Positions 22,537 to 36,790 of a stretch of DNA of 64,000 nt are shown here, one piece after another. Position 1 is the first letter of the stretch; each line of letters starts with the position of its first letter. The notes under the pieces are model-generated. The model did not search any database and had not been told where the DNA came from. It saw only the letters and a list, made by a program, of their open reading frames with translations. This stretch comes from Massalongia carnosa (taxonomy: Eukaryota). A program made the position numbers and the translations under genes. The DNA lies in assembly GCA_965645245.1 (NCBI GenBank), contig OZ287072.1:1860001-1924000 (forward strand). The letters are read 5' to 3'.

Positions 22537-24478
22537 ACCGTGCGACCGAGGTAAATCCGATGGACCGCACCCGGAACTACGCTCCAGGTGCGGCTCACCT
22601 CCATGACGCTATCATCTCCATGACGCATTTTTAAAAATTTCTATCATCTATCATCAACCATTTATTATTCAACCACATCATGTCTGATTCGTACAAGAAA
22701 CGAGAGGCTAACATTGCAAAGGCCTTAGATGCATTTGCGAAGAACACATACGAATCAGCCGCAGCCTGTGCCAAAGAATTCGATATTTCACCTCGTCTAT
22801 TTCAAAGAAGACTACATGGATATAGCAAGCGAAAAGCAGTCAATATGAGGCTGTCTGCTGCACAAGAACTAGCCCTGAAGGAGTATATTGAATTTCTTGA
22901 TGATATTGAATTATCAATGAGATTGCCATTGATTCGCGGTGCAGCTAATTATTTGTTGCAATTGCAACATCCTTCCTCGTCTTCATCTTCTCTCACCCGC
23001 GTAGGAAAATGCTGGACCGGACGATTCTTGAAAAGAAATCCCCAATTTTTCATGCAAAAAGGCAAGCCATTAGCAGCCGAAAGGAAAAACGCTCACAATG
23101 TTACGGATATTCAAACTTATTTCTCTTCATTTCAATCGACTGTAGCCCTTCTTGGTATAACTCCAGATGATATATGGAATATGGATGAGACAGGCTTTCG
23201 AGTTGGCTGTGGGGTAACCCATTTGGTGGTGACACTATCATCACATAAACGAATTATGATCGCTGATCCAGACAATCGAGACTATATAACTTCGGTCGAA
23301 TGCATCAATGGAGTTGGCGGAAGCGTCCCATCCTTTTTGATTTTGAAAGGGGTCAACATACTTCACAAATGGGCCTTAGAGAATGATTTGAAAGATGATA
23401 TCGTGTTGACTACAAGCGATAGCGGCTATTCGAATGATTGTCTAGCATTAAAGTGGCTAAAGCATTTTAATGCTCATTCAAAAAATGTTCAAAAAGGAGC
23501 GTTTAGGCTTCTTTTGTTGGATGGATATGGATCTCATCTAACGTATGAATTTTGGGAATATTCGAAAGAAAATAAGATCTGTTTATTCAGATTACCCCCC
23601 CATTCAACCCATTTGACGCAGCCATTGGACGTTGGTGTTTTTCAGCCAATGAAACATTATCATGCTGAAGCGGTTGACAACGCCATTCGGTTGGGTGACG
23701 TTGACTTCAATCGTCTGGATTTTCTGGCCGCATTCAATCAATTTCGTACAAAGGCATTCAAATCATCTACTATCAAATCAGCCTGGGAAAAAACTGGGTT
23801 GATACCTTACAATCCGGAGGTAGTCTTGACCAAAATTCGTGCTTTAAATCCGGCATTACCACCACTACCAATATCATCTTCGGAGACAATAATCCTACCT
23901 CATACCCCCAAAAAGCCCAAAGCCGTTGCTAAGGAAGGGGAAAACATTATTCTGCGAATGAATAATAATGAAGAAATTACTCCAGAAAGAATGCGACGTT
24001 TTATCAAAGGGTCGGTTGCAAACGCTAATTTACTAGAATTGACGCAACGCGACTTGCAAGCCACACACACAACTGCATTAGCTAAAAGGGCCCGAAAAAA
24101 GCTTGCTGGCACCGTTGTTCAGAAGGGAGGAATCGTTACCGTTCGAGATGTGAGGCAAAATCACCTACATCGTACCCAAGAAGAGGTGGAAAGGGAGGAG
24201 GGTCGTCAAAAGCGTGCTGAGACGGCTAGACAAAAGAAAATATTTCTCTATGGAAAAGCGATAGCTAAACGGTTTGGCTTGGTGGGTAAAAAGGCCGAAA
24301 GCTGGATAGATGAACGTCAGCCTTTGATTTTGAATAGCTTCATTTTGAAAGGGTCAATCAATGGATATAATGTAAATAGTTGAGAAATGCGTCATGGAGA
24401 TGATAGCGTCATGGAGGTGAGCCGCACCTGGAGCGTAGCTCCGGGTGCGGTCCATCGGATTTACCTCGGTCGCACGGT
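22537..24478 (+). mobile_element. Full-length Fot1/pogo transposon
   Basis: About 90-bp near-perfect TIRs ACCGTGCGACCGAGGTAAATCC... Flanks are TA on the right and TG on the left. Confidence 0.95.
22680..24383 (+). CDS. Fot1/pogo transposase, intact 567 aa
   Basis: HTH region plus the triad motifs WNMDETGF, LLLDGYGSH, QPLDVGVF. Confidence 0.95.
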   Translation: MSDSYKKREANIAKALDAFAKNTYESAAACAKEFDISPRLFQRRLHGYSKRKAVNMRLSAAQELALKEYIEFLDDIELSMRLPLIRGAANYLLQLQHPSSSSSSLTRVGKCWTGRFLKRNPQFFMQKGKPLAAERKNAHNVTDIQTYFSSFQSTVALLGITPDDIWNMDETGFRVGCGVTHLVVTLSSHKRIMIADPDNRDYITSVECINGVGGSVPSFLILKGVNILHKWALENDLKDDIVLTTSDSGYSNDCLALKWLKHFNAHSKNVQKGAFRLLLLDGYGSHLTYEFWEYSKENKICLFRLPPHSTHLTQPLDVGVFQPMKHYHAEAVDNAIRLGDVDFNRLDFLAAFNQFRTKAFKSSTIKSAWEKTGLIPYNPEVVLTKIRALNPALPPLPISSSETIILPHTPKKPKAVAKEGENIILRMNNNEEITPERMRRFIKGSVANANLLELTQRDLQATHTTALAKRARKKLAGTVVQKGGIVTVRDVRQNHLHRTQEEVEREEGRQKRAETARQKKIFLYGKAIAKRFGLVGKKAESWIDERQPLILNSFILKGSINGYNVNS

Positions 24479-24852
24479 TACCTATATTGACCTCAACTCG
24501 TACCTACTTATGTTTGATTGTAAATCTTCGCTGAAAACATGAGACAGGCGTGTTCTAGGTTACTGTTGTACAATTCCTGATGCCCTTTCGGCTTCTGCTA
24601 CAAGAAATACTCTCACTTCACTTCCCTGTGCAAAGGTCTTGCTTTAGTGACCGGAGCTGACTGTTTCCAATCCTTCAATGCTCATTGATTGATTGGAATT
24701 GGTATATTGTTGGATCTTGCTTCACCTTCAGTGCTCTTCTTCCTCATTGCATGAGATTTCACTGTGCTCCATCTGGCTACTTAGCTGTTTACACATCCTC
24801 CTGCGCAAACTCGGTCAATGCTATCGGAAAACCTTTTGACTTGCTCAACAAT

Positions 24853-26184
24853 ATGACCACGCTCTCAATTAAGGTGCCCAACACATCGTCTTCCAAGCGT
24901 GCTCGCTCGCAGGACAGCCAGCACTCGCTAAAGTCTTCTCCTATCCTGAAGGCCCCGAGGATAGAGGAATCTATAGGAAATATTAGCGCACCTAAATTTT
25001 TACGTCAAACAAGAGCTGGTATGCTGCCGTGCGATATCTAACTCTCGCACAACACGGGATTGCATGTACTAAACGTCGGTAGAGGTCCGCGCTAAGTTTG
25101 AGGAGCTGGAATGGCAACAGCAAATGCGTATAGCTCAAGGGCGTATTAACCCGGCTTCGAAATGGGTGCAGGAAGGAGGTTCTCAGGTGAAGCTGAGAAA
25201 CCGTTATCTAAACGTTCAGCCGTGGGAGAGGTCTAGAATTCATCTTAAGGTAGCAGAAGGAAACTCGGATTACATCAACGCCTCGCCAATCTCTTTGCGC
25301 GATCCAAGGTCCGGAGAGAAAACGAATTTCATTGCGACACAGGTATGCTGGCATTGAAACGAGATAGTCAAAAGTGATTGGAGCTGATCATTGTTATTCA
25401 GGGTCCAAAGCAAACAGGCGTAAGCCATTTTTGGCAAATGGTGTGGCAGGAGACGAAAGGGGTAGCCGTCATCGTAATGCTTACCCAAACCGCAGAGGCG
25501 GGCAGAGAGAAGTGTTTTCAGTACTTTCCGCTGGATGCAGATGCGGGGGATTTGCGAATAGAGCCTATAGCTAACAATGACGAGAGTCCTGAGGGTCGTG
25601 TTACTTTTATAGAGGCCGTCGAGGACGATGTATCAAGAACGACAATCAGAAAGTTACGTTTATCGTTTGGTAGAACTTCCAGGACAGTTTGGCATTTGCT
25701 TTTTAGCGGCTGGGCCGACTTTGCAATACCTGAGGGCGAAGACCGTACAGGTCTACAGGAGCTTTTGAAATTGTCTGCACTAAAAAACAACAGGCCAGCT
25801 AATCCAAGGATTGTTCACTGCAGCGCTGGCGTAGGGCGATCAGGCACGTTTATCGCCCTGGAGTATCTGCTTGCTCAGGTAGAATCTGGTGCGATTGCGG
25901 ATGTCAAAAACGACGATGATCCCATTTACGAGGTTGTGAATCAATTACGAAGACAACGCATGACCATGGTGCAGAGCGAGGCCCAGTACCATTTCCTTTA
26001 TCAAGTCATCCTTGAGCAGTTTAATAAATGGCAAGCCACAGCAGAAGCAAATATTGGCAGTGGCGAGCCGTCGCCGAGGCTTCGAAGGCTAGCTAAAAGT
26101 GTTGAATCAGCTTCTATTGGGGAGGAAGCCGGAGCAAGTGGGGAAGTCACTCTGGACCAAGGCAAGGCCCCAATCACATCGTGA
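24853..26184 (+). CDS. Protein-tyrosine phosphatase (Ptp1-like), three exons
   Basis: RNRYLNV, DYINAS, ATQ|GP, WAD, HCSAGVGRSG and MVQS motifs. Introns at about 25019-25082 and 25343-25401. Confidence 0.9.
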
Positions 26185-26713
26185 GATATTTTGATGATCG
26201 TTTGCGGGTCTGAACTTTGCGGTAGATGGTTCGACGCCGTGGGCTTCCGGTAGCCAATCAGCGCTCATCTGTGGAGTTTCTGTAGCCTTTCTGGCAGGTG
26301 TGCTTGTGATATATTTCTTAGGTGTCAATTTCTAATGCATAGCACGGCGCAGAGTGGCAATCTGATAGCATTGTCTACGGGGTTCGCTCGTGGAAGAGTA
26401 GCATAGGCGGGTATACATGCTTCATTGAAAGTCCAAGTTGTAGTTCTGAACATTATATGATGTGCATACAGCTGGTACCAACAGACATGCACGTTAACTG
26501 AAGGTAACCCCACAAGGTTCGTCCAGTTCATCGCGAAGTGGTTTTGACTGCTGCCCGAAATTATTGCTCCCAAAAAAATGAGCTTAAGCCTCTCCCAAAG
26601 AAATATAGTACTTCAGAGGATCAAAGTAAAACTGCATTAGAAGCTTTACTATTCTAGGTTACAGCAATTCCTCCAACCTCGTTCCTTTCCTCCACTCAAC
26701 ATCTACCCGTACC

Positions 26714-27347
26714 CTAAGCTTGAGCCGTCTTCGCCGCCTGTTGCGGGTTGATCTTCTTCCCATCCTTGTTGAATCGCACCCTGGGTGGAGGAGCACGGTT
26801 GCGGCGACCTTCCCGCGAACGAACGCTGCAACATACAGGTTTCATGAGTTTTTGTTTATTTCAGCGCTTGTCAGAAGAAGGAAAGAAGCTCCTACCGGAC
26901 AATCTTGCCGTGAATCGCACATGATACGCAATACTGCAGTTTGAGGTACATTTTGGGAACTGCGTATTCAGGGAAAACGGAGGCATCAGAAATGTCACCT
27001 GCGTGCGATCTATTAGCTGAGCCATTCACATGCTTTAACCGGTACGTTTTAGGGTATAGGATTTTCTTTAATGAGGAGGACAGCGCAGGAAGAGATGGCT
27101 GTGTAATGTCTGCAGGGGGACGTACGGATCGCAGCCGACTCGACCATGTTCCGGATGGTGAATCTCTTTATTGCCTTGTCCTTGGGCGTACATCTCGAGC
27201 AGTTGGAGCAGCGGATTGGCTTGACGTGCCCTCTACCTTTCTTATTGCGGCCGCTGTATCAACCAACATATTAGCGCAAGCCTGTTGCAAGACAAAGCAC
27301 ATCACCAAGGGGGGATATATGTACTTCGAAGCGCGTTTTTTAACCAT
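26714..27347 (-). CDS. RPS26: 40S ribosomal protein S26 (eS26), four coding exons
   Basis: Spliced product [39 protein letters not shown]...[20 protein letters not shown]. Absent from the ORF track. Confidence 0.96.
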
Positions 27348-27754
27348 AATTGAGAATCTGAACAGAGATCAGCATGTCTTCGCAACCTTCTAATAGCTCA
27401 TGCGACATCGTGACTTACATAGGTTGCGTGCTTGTAACTGCGGAAAGGACGTTTTCAGGGCAATTGTGGGATATTCGTAAACTGGAGAATCTGAGAGTGG
27501 GCTCGCTTAGCTAACTAGTTACCTCTAGGCAGGATCCTTATCTGATCCGTACCCCTTTATCACCTCAAAGTAGTTAAGTACGGGGTATGCTAGGACATGG
27601 TTTCTCTGACAGCCTGCAAGAGCTGCTAGCTTTATTTCTGTTTTTCGTGGAAAATAACACCAGCTGATGGAAAAGCAAATTTGGGAACAGCACATAAGCA
27701 CTGTCAGACTCTCAACAACAAGACGCTTACTGCAATTCTATCATTTGCTGAATC

Positions 27755-29922
27755 ATGTCGGTACCCGGTGGAACGTATAGAGGGACACCAAATCGTGGTC
27801 AGGGAAGAGGGCAGGTGCCTGTATTCGAGAATAGCCCCTCGAATATCCCCCGTCCCAAACTCGAGTCACAAGCAAGTTCTGCGATTCAGAGCGAAAGCGG
27901 AAATTCAACATTGAGTACAAGTCGGCAGAAGCAATCGAAACGAGATGAGGTATCTTCACAATTTTTTCATAGCCGAATCTCAAGGCTAACGAACATGGGG
28001 CAGGCAATCAGGAAGAAAATGGAGGCAGACCTTAGTAAGAAAAAGGGTAATGCTCCACGAGTCCGGCACACTCGCAAGGCTCCTCCAGGGACGGTTCTCG
28101 CTCTAAAACCGAGTCAAGCTCTTCAAATCAAGCCGAGCACTACAGTTGCCGAGGCAGCGCAGCTCATGGCAGCGAAGAGGGAAGATTGTGTTCTCGTTAC
28201 TGACGATGATGACCGTATCGCTGGAATTTTCACAGCTAAGGACTTAGCCTTTCGCGTCGTGGGGGCAGGTATCAAAGCAAGAGATATCACCATCTCCGAA
28301 ATCATGACGAAGAACCCCCTGTGCGCCCGAACTGACACCAGTGCTACGGATGCTCTGGATCTTATGGTACGGAAGGGCTTCCGTCATCTGCCCGTAATGG
28401 ATGAAAATCAGGACATCTCAGGGATTTTGGATATTACAAAGTGTTTCTACGATGCGATGGAGAAGCTGGAGCGTGCTTATAGTTCGTCGAGAAAGCTATA
28501 CGATGCGCTTGAAGGTGTTCAATCGGAGCTTGGTTCTAGCCAGCCTCAGCAGATCATACAGTATGTGGAAGCATTGAGGCAGAAGATGTCAGGGCCAACG
28601 CTGGAATCTGTTCTGAATGGCCTCCCGCCCACCACTGTCTCTGTTCGAACCTCCGTTAAGGAAGCCGCCGCATTGATGAAGGAGAACCATACGACTGCTG
28701 TCTTGGTCCAAGACCAAGGCGCAATCACGGGTATCTTCACCAGCAAGGACGTTGTACTTCGAGTTATTGCACCTGGATTGGATCCAGCAAATTGCAGCGT
28801 AGTCAGGGTAATGACACCACATCCGGATTTTGCACCGATGGACATGAGTATACAGGCTGCTCTGAGAAAGATGCACGGTAAGTAAATCTGGCTATAGAAA
28901 CATATCCCAAGAAAGTTGATTTTTTGAAGACGGTCATTATCTAAACCTTCCTGTAATGAACGAACCTGGAGAGATTGTTGGTATGGTTGATGTTCTCAAA
29001 TTAACTTATGCAACTTTGGAACAAGTCAGTTGACTCTATCGAGGGTATTTAGGCTTATCGACTAATACTGATCTAGATAAACACAATGTCAACCGGCGAC
29101 AGCGAAGGACCTGCCTGGGGCAAGTTCTGGCTTTCCCTAGATAATGACTCGGAGTCAATGGTCTCGGGTGACGGCAGCCATCGGCACACGGCAGGCCATA
29201 GATCACTCATGTCCCCAGACATCTCTTCGCGAACCCCTTTAGATCGTGTCGACAGTGTCCAGCCTAATGAGTCCGCCTCACACAATGGGGATGACTCTCA
29301 CTCGGACATGCCAGACATACCCTCCCCATCCTTAGAGGATATGCCATTTCCTTTCAAGTTCAAGGCTCCTAGTGGACGTGTCCACCGACTCCAAGTGATC
29401 GCCTCCGCTGGGATGGCAGATTTGATAAGTAGTGTAACCGCTAAGTTAGGTGGGGAAATCGATGCGGTAGGAGGCGAAGCGACCTTTGAGGATGGTAAAC
29501 TTGGGACTCTAGGTTATGCGTTGAGCTATCTTGATAACGAAGGCGATACGGTCTCACTTACTACGGATCAAGATCTGCTAGACGCTATTATGCTCTCTCG
29601 AAAACACCATTGCGATAAAGTGGACCTATTTGTGCACGACCCCAAGAAGCCGCCAATGTCAGCGACGGTAGACCCGCAGCCGGTAGTTTCAAGGGCATTG
29701 ACACCTCCACCATCGACCCTTCGAGAACGACGACGGTTAAATGACGAAGAAGAGGATATGACAACACCTGTCAAAAGAGAGCGGAAGCCGGTAACACCTC
29801 AGCCTCTACAACAAGAGCAGCTTGTTGCTGGAATCTCAAACGACTTGCTTCTGCCGGGGGCAATTGTAACATTGGCCGTGGTGATCATTGGGGTTTTCGC
29901 ATTGAGTCGATCTAGCCGTTGA
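27755..29922 (+). CDS. CBS-domain/PB1-domain protein with C-terminal TM helix (mug70-like)
   Basis: Two CBS pairs (GIFTAKDL, GIFTSKDV), PB1 acidic motif YLDNEGDTVSL, hydrophobic tail. Three introns. Confidence 0.88.
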
Positions 29923-30574
29923 TAGATTCTCTAGCTGCACTGTATTGCCTTGCCATTCTATTCGAGCTGAACCAAGCAGCTCTTTTTTCAAATATTTATT
30001 CAGTATCGAATACCAGCATTTAGCTTTTGTATGATAAGGCTGTGTATGCCTACTGCACATGTAACGGGATAGCAAAAGCTATTAGATATCATCAGATGCA
30101 TTTATATCATCAAGTGAGCATAAATACATGTAAGCGTTTTCTTCGTTCATGTCAAATAATTAATCTTCAGAGTACCACACTTTCTACTATGATAGCACTT
30201 TTAATGGATACAAACTCCTGATTGGTAGATTAACCGGGGTATCTATGGCTTTCATATTCGGCGCGGAGAATACTCTTCCGAGATAAACTTTTTTTGAGGG
30301 ACTGGAGAAGGCCCACACCCCCACCAGCTCCAACATTCTGATCATCACAACAATCTTTACCTTTCCCTTGATCTACCTTCACTCATGCAATTGATATCTG
30401 AATTGGCGTTGTGCTCTCCAATACCACCGTGACATCACTCTGCTTTCTCAGGCAAACGCTCTGAGTTCCTTTTATATTTAAAGCGCGTTTCTCGTCAACG
30501 CGCATGAGACTCTGTAGGCTTGCTGCATTCTCGCGACCTTTGCCATTGCTACTGTCACTACTCAGGCTTTCACT

Positions 30575-33500
30575 ATGTCTCTTCTACCGTCCGAAGTGCA
30601 TGCTGCCTTGACACAGCTACTTGAAGGACTATCATCTTCTAATAACAAGAGTCGGGCGTATGCCGAAGCGCAACTCAATGCTGAATGGATTACAGCTCGG
30701 CCAGACATGCTGCTTATGGGCTTGGTCGAGCATATACAAGCATCTGGCGAAGTCTCGGTGAGTGACTAGCACGCTGGGTCTTCATTGTAGTACCATGCGA
30801 GCTCTTCCCGCTAATCCAATCTTTTGCTCTAGGTTCGATCGCAGGCCGCCGTCCTTTTTCGCCGGATAGCCATGAAAACAAGAAAGCTCCCTGGAAGTGA
30901 TGATTCAAAGGAACTTTTTTTAACTCTGCAACAAGCACAAAAAGTTGCTATCCGGCAGAGGCTATTGGATTGTTTGGGACAGGAAACCATACCACAGGTG
31001 AGACATAAGATTGGCGATGCCGTTGCGGAAGTTGCCCGACAATATACGGATGACGGTAGGTTGCGGGAGTAGCTGTGAAATCCCGAGAGTGGAAATATTA
31101 CGGCTAGCTGAACTGAAATGTTTGTTAGGTGAACCATGGCCGGAGCTACTGCAAGTGCTATTTGTTGCTAGCCAGTCGCCAGAGGCTGGTCAGAGGGAAG
31201 GGGCGTTTCGAATATTTACGACCACTCCTGGTATCATTGAGAAGCAGCATGAAAACACTGTGCTGGCAGTTTTCACAAAGGGGCTTAAGGATGACGATGT
31301 TTTGGTGGGATATTGAGACTGAAACACGAACGTTGTCTAACTGCTCCACAGGTCAGAATAGCGGCAATGGAAGCCTTTGCATCCTTTTTTGGAGCAGTCA
31401 ACAAGAAGGGCCAAAAAAAATACTACATGTTGGTACCTGAAATACTCAATATTCTGCCGCCTCTGAAGGAGTCGGGTGATTCCGAGAACTTAGCGAAGGG
31501 TTTGATTGCTCTCATCGAGCTTGCAGGGGAAGCGCCGACGATGTTCAAAAACTTATTCCATAATCTGGTGCAATTTAGCATTACCGTGATCCAAGATGCG
31601 GAGCTTGATAACCAAGTCCGCCAGAATGCCCTGGAACTCATGGGAACATTTGCGGACTATAACCCTGCCATGTGCAGAAAAGATCCTTCTTACACATCAG
31701 ATATGGTCACGCAATGCCTCAGTCTAATGACTGATGTTGGGGCGGACGATGAGGACGCCTCCGCATGGAATGCCTCTGAAGACGTAAGTTCGCCACTACC
31801 CACCACTGGAAAGTGCCTCTAAGAAATGTATTGACCATATCAGCTTGACGGGGAGGAGAGTGATCTTAATCATGTTGTTGGGGAACAATGTATGGATAGA
31901 CTTGCCAATAAGCTTGGAGGACAGGCTATCTTACCTCCTACTTTTCAATGGCTTCCACAGATGATGCGGTCGTCGGTTTGGCGCGATCGACACGCTGCAC
32001 TTATGGCAATTTCAGCAATCTCAGAGGGTTGTAGAGAGCTCATGATAAGCGAATTGGACAAGGTCTTGGACCTTGTTGTTCCAGCTTTACGAGATCCTCA
32101 TCCTCGGGTACGCTGGGCCGGGTGTAATGCACTAGGTCAGATGAGCACGGACTTTGCTGGAACGATGCAGGAGAAATACCATCAGGTTGTACTTACAAAT
32201 ATAATACCTGTGCTTGATTCTCCCGAGCCACGCATACAATCCCATGCTGCCGCTGCTCTGGTCAATTTCTGCGAAGAGGCTGAGAAGCAAATTCTGGAAC
32301 CCTATCTCGACGATTTATTAAACCACCTTCTCCAATTACTTCGAAGCCCAAAACGATATGTGCAGGAACAGGCCCTTTCGACCATTGCCACTATCGCTGA
32401 CTCCGCCGAGACAGCCTTTGGGAAATACTACGATACCCTAATGCCTCTATTGTTTGGGGTTTTGAGGGAGGAACAAAGTAGGGAGTTCAGACTGTTGAGA
32501 GCAAAGGCAATGGAGTGTGCAACCTTGATAGGTGAGATCACATTAGGCGAGTTGTATACTCCATTGCTTATAACGTGATTAGCCCTTGCTGTTGGGAAGG
32601 CAAGAATGGGACAGGATGCAGTCGATTTAGTACAACTCCTGGGACTGGTACAAGGTACAATTGCTCTTCTCGTTTGTTCAAAGATTGAATAACCGATTTC
32701 GTATAATTAGGAAAAATCACAGATGTTGATGATCCACAATCGCAATATTTGCTGCATTGTTGGGGACGAATGTGCCGTGTTCTTGGCAACGACTTTGTCC
32801 CCTATCTCTCAGGTGTTATGCCACCCCTAATGGAACTAGCCAGCGCCAAAGCAGACATTCAGCTTCTCGATGATGATGAGCAAATTACAAGCGTTCAACA
32901 AGAAGAAGGGTGGGAGCTGGTGCCGCTGAAAGGTAAAGTAATTGGCATCAAAACGTCCATTTTAGAAGACAAAAACATGGCCATTGAACTCATTGCTATC
33001 TATGCGCAACAGCTTGAAGCCTCGTTTGAACCGTATGTTTTGGAGATCATGGAAAAGGTCGCTCTACCAGGTCTAGCCTTTTTCTTTCACGATCCCGTCC
33101 GGATAGCGTCCGCTAAGAGTGTCCCGTTGCTTCTTAATGCTTACAAAAAAGCGCATGGCTCTCGATCACAGCCAGTCGCAAAGCTATGGGGATTGACTAT
33201 TGAGAAAGTCCTCGAAGTGCTTAATCCCGAGCCAGCAATAGAAACTTTGGCTGGAATGTACCAATGCTTCTACGAGTCCGTAGAGGTTCTAGGGAAAGAC
33301 TGTCTCACCAGAGCACATATGGCGGCTTTTGTAGAGTCTGCGAAGTCTACTCTTGAGGACTATCAAATGAGAGTGAAGAAGCGGTTGGAAGATGGAGAGG
33401 ACATAGAAGATGGAGAGGACGAATCAGAAGATGCGATCTATGCAATTGAAGACGACCAATTGTTGCTTTCAGACATGAACAAAGCTTTCCATACCGTCTT

Positions 33501-34288
33501 TAAGAATCAAGATACGTCGTTTCTCCCCTCATGGTCACAGCTTCTTCCTTTTTACAACGCCTTCATCAAAAATTCAGATTCAACCCAACGACAGTGGGCA
33601 TTATGTATCATGGACGATGTATTGGAATTCTGTGGAGAACAAAGTTGGAGCTACCAAAATTACATCCAACCGCCTCTGATTGATGGGCTGCGAGACGAGA
33701 TCCCTGCCAATCGACAAGCTGCCTGTTACGGCGTTGGGGTCGCAGCACAGAATGGTGGAGTGGCATGGGCAACATTCGCAGCAGAGAGCTTACCTGCACT
33801 ATTCAGAGTCTGTCAACTCCCAAATGCACGGGAAGATGACCATGTCTTCGCGACTGAGAATGCTTGTGCAAGTATTGCGAAGATCTTGCAATCAAATGCA
33901 AGTAAAGTGCCAAATGTTCAGGACGTGGTGGCTCATTGGATCAACACATTGCCGATAGTGAATGATGAGGAAGCTGCACCCTATGCCTATATGTTTCTAG
34001 CGCAGCTGATTGACCAGTAAGCTCCTTACATTTTCTTATTCGTTTTTCCTGTAACGGCTTACCCTAACAACTCAACCCAGACAGAATCCAGCCGTGATGG
34101 CTGCGGCAAGTAATGTGTTCATCTCCATTGCTCTTGCGCTCGAAGCAGAGACTTTACAAGGCTCGAATGCACAGAGGGTTGCAGCAGCAGCCAAGCATTT
34201 AGTTCAGATCGCTGGCATTGATGCCACTGGGATTCTCGCAACCTTGAGTCCGGAAACGCAACAGACGATCAGACGCTATTTTGCATAA
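30575..34288 (+). CDS. KAP121: Importin beta-3 / karyopherin Kap121 (Pse1), multi-exon
   Basis: HEAT repeats; [44 protein letters not shown]. Confidence 0.93.
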
Positions 34289-34836
34289 TGTCTTGCCTCA
34301 TCTGGGGGGGTTCGCGGAGAGGTTTATGATAACATTAGATGGATCATGACTTAATGGGGATCTGGTCTTCTGGCTTTTTGGCATTGGCCAGCTCGGCAAG
34401 CTGCGTTCAGCAAGCTAGGGTTAAGAAATATAGCCTGGGGAAAGGAGGAGGATTTGTTCGCATCACCGTCGCTCAAGGCAGCTGATCGTTTCGTCTGGAG
34501 ATCTTACACAAAATTTTTCAAACAGAAATCGTAGTCCAATTTGGTTTTCGTGGTGGTGATCAAAACGTTTGTACTAGTAAATTAGATAATGAATGCCAAG
34601 AGATTCTAATTTGAAGACGCGTTAAAAAAGTTTTTGGTGGATACCATTATGTTCCTGTATGTCGTAAAGATTTGATCGCAACTGGACCAAAGGACGGAAC
34701 ACCTGGGCGCTGTGACTGATTTTGAATAATTGTTCTCCCTTTAATGATAAGAATTGTCTCGAAAAAATTCTTTCCGTCTTTCCATGTTGAAGTTGCCTAT
34801 TTATACACCTACCTTGATTGAGCTTCTTCCACAACC

Positions 34837-36790
34837 ATGTCGTTCGGAGGGCAAACACCGACCATAATCGTTTTGAAGGAAGGCACCGATGCCTCTCAGG
34901 GCAAGGGACAGATCATCTCAAATATCTTGGCATGTTTGAGTGTCCAGGATACTATACGTAGCACCTTAGGCCCTTACGGCGGCGACTTGTTGTTGGTAGA
35001 TTCAAATGGCAGACAAACAATCACAAATGACGGTGCTACGGTGATGAAAGTACGTTGACTCCGGAGACTGCATGGATCAGTTTCCCACACTCACCATTAC
35101 AGCTGCTCGACATAGTTCATCCGGCCGCCAGAATTCTCACCGATATAGCCCGCTCACAGGATGCAGAGGTGGGTGATGGGACCACCTCAGTGGTAGTATT
35201 GGCGGGAGAAATACTGAAGGAAATCAAAGAGCACGTGGAGCAGGGTGTCAGTTCGCAGACAATCATCAAGGGTCTAAGAAGAGCTTCGGCTATGGCGGTG
35301 AACAAGATCAAGGAGATCGCCGTGAATACCAGCGAAGGTAACAAGAGGGAGACTTTGAGGAGGTTAGCCGCCACTGCCATGAGTAGCAAGTTGATACATC
35401 GGAACTCAGATTTCTTCACCAAGAGTATGGTCTAACTCGGTACTAAGAATGTCGACTAATCAAAAGCTAGTTGTTGTTGATGCAGTCCTTTCGCTTGATC
35501 AGGAAGATCTCAATGAGAAACTGATTGGCATTAAGAAAATCACAGGCGGTGCCCTCCAAGATTCGCTTTTTGTGAATGGTGTGGCTTTTAAGAAGACCTT
35601 TTCTTATGCTGGATTTGAGCAACAACCGAAAAGCTTCGAGGATCCTAAGGTTGTATGCTTGAATGTGGAATTGGAGCTGAAGAGTGAGAAAGACAATGCC
35701 GAGGTTCGGGTTGATCAAGTAAGCGAATATCAAGCTATTGTGGATGCTGAGTGGCAGATTATCTACAACAAGATGGAGGCATTGTATAAGACAGGTGCAA
35801 AGGTAGTGCTGAGCAAATTGCCTATAGGTGATTTGGCTACACAGTTGGTGACCCCTAGGCAAAAGGCACATGTCAGAAGCTGACCTGAAATAGATACTTT
35901 GCAGATCGGGACGTTTTTTGTGCTGGTCGTGTCTCATCAGATGATCTTGAGCGTGTGGTTCAAGCTACAGGAGGAAGTATTTCATCCACCTGCTCGGATA
36001 TTCAACCGCAGCATCTGGGCACCTGCGAAAGATTTGAGGAACGCCAGATTGGCGGTGAGAGATTTAATTTCTTTGAGGGGTGTCCGGCAGCTAAGACGTG
36101 CACTTTGGTATTAAGAGGTGGAGCTGAGCAGTTCATCGCCGAAGTAGAGAGAAGTTTACATGATGCTATTATGATTGTGAAACGGGCGATAAAAAACAAC
36201 AATATTGTTGCGGGTGGTGGTGCGTGCGAGGTATGCTTGAAATCTTGATATTTGGGGCTATATCCCAAGGCCGTTCTGCTAAAGCTAAGTCGTATAGATG
36301 GAAATTTCCGCGTACCTTCACAAGTTCGCTGACCAGAACATCCCACGCAAACAACAGTCTATTGTGAAGGCGTTCGCTAAAGCCCTGGAAATTATCCCTC
36401 GACAACTTTGTGATAATGCTGGATTTGACGCTACCAACATACTTACTCAACTACGGGTCGAGCACCGTAAAGGCAACATTTGGGCAGGGGTAGATTTCGA
36501 TAATGAAGGTGTAAGGGACAATATGAAGGCATTTGTATGGGAGCCAAGTTTGGTGAAGGTCAATGCTGTGCAAGCTGCGGTAGAGGCGAGTTGTCTGATT
36601 TTAAGCGTGGATGAGACAATTAGTATGCACCCAGCTCTCCCGACAATATATGATCCTTACTTGAACTTTGCTGACACCCGGCTCAGAAAACGAGCAATCT
36701 CAGGATCCGCAGGCACCACAACGTGGCCTTCCTCCCGGCGCTGCTCAACGAGCGCTTAGAGGGAGGGGACGAGGAATGCCAAGGAGATAA
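34837..36790 (+). CDS. CCT7: T-complex protein 1 subunit eta, multi-exon
   Basis: [41 protein letters not shown], and a C-terminal [10 protein letters not shown] exon. Confidence 0.95.

Noticed and set aside
26720..27393. Plus-strand ORFs of 74 and 150 aa
   Set aside because: They are antisense shadows of RPS26.
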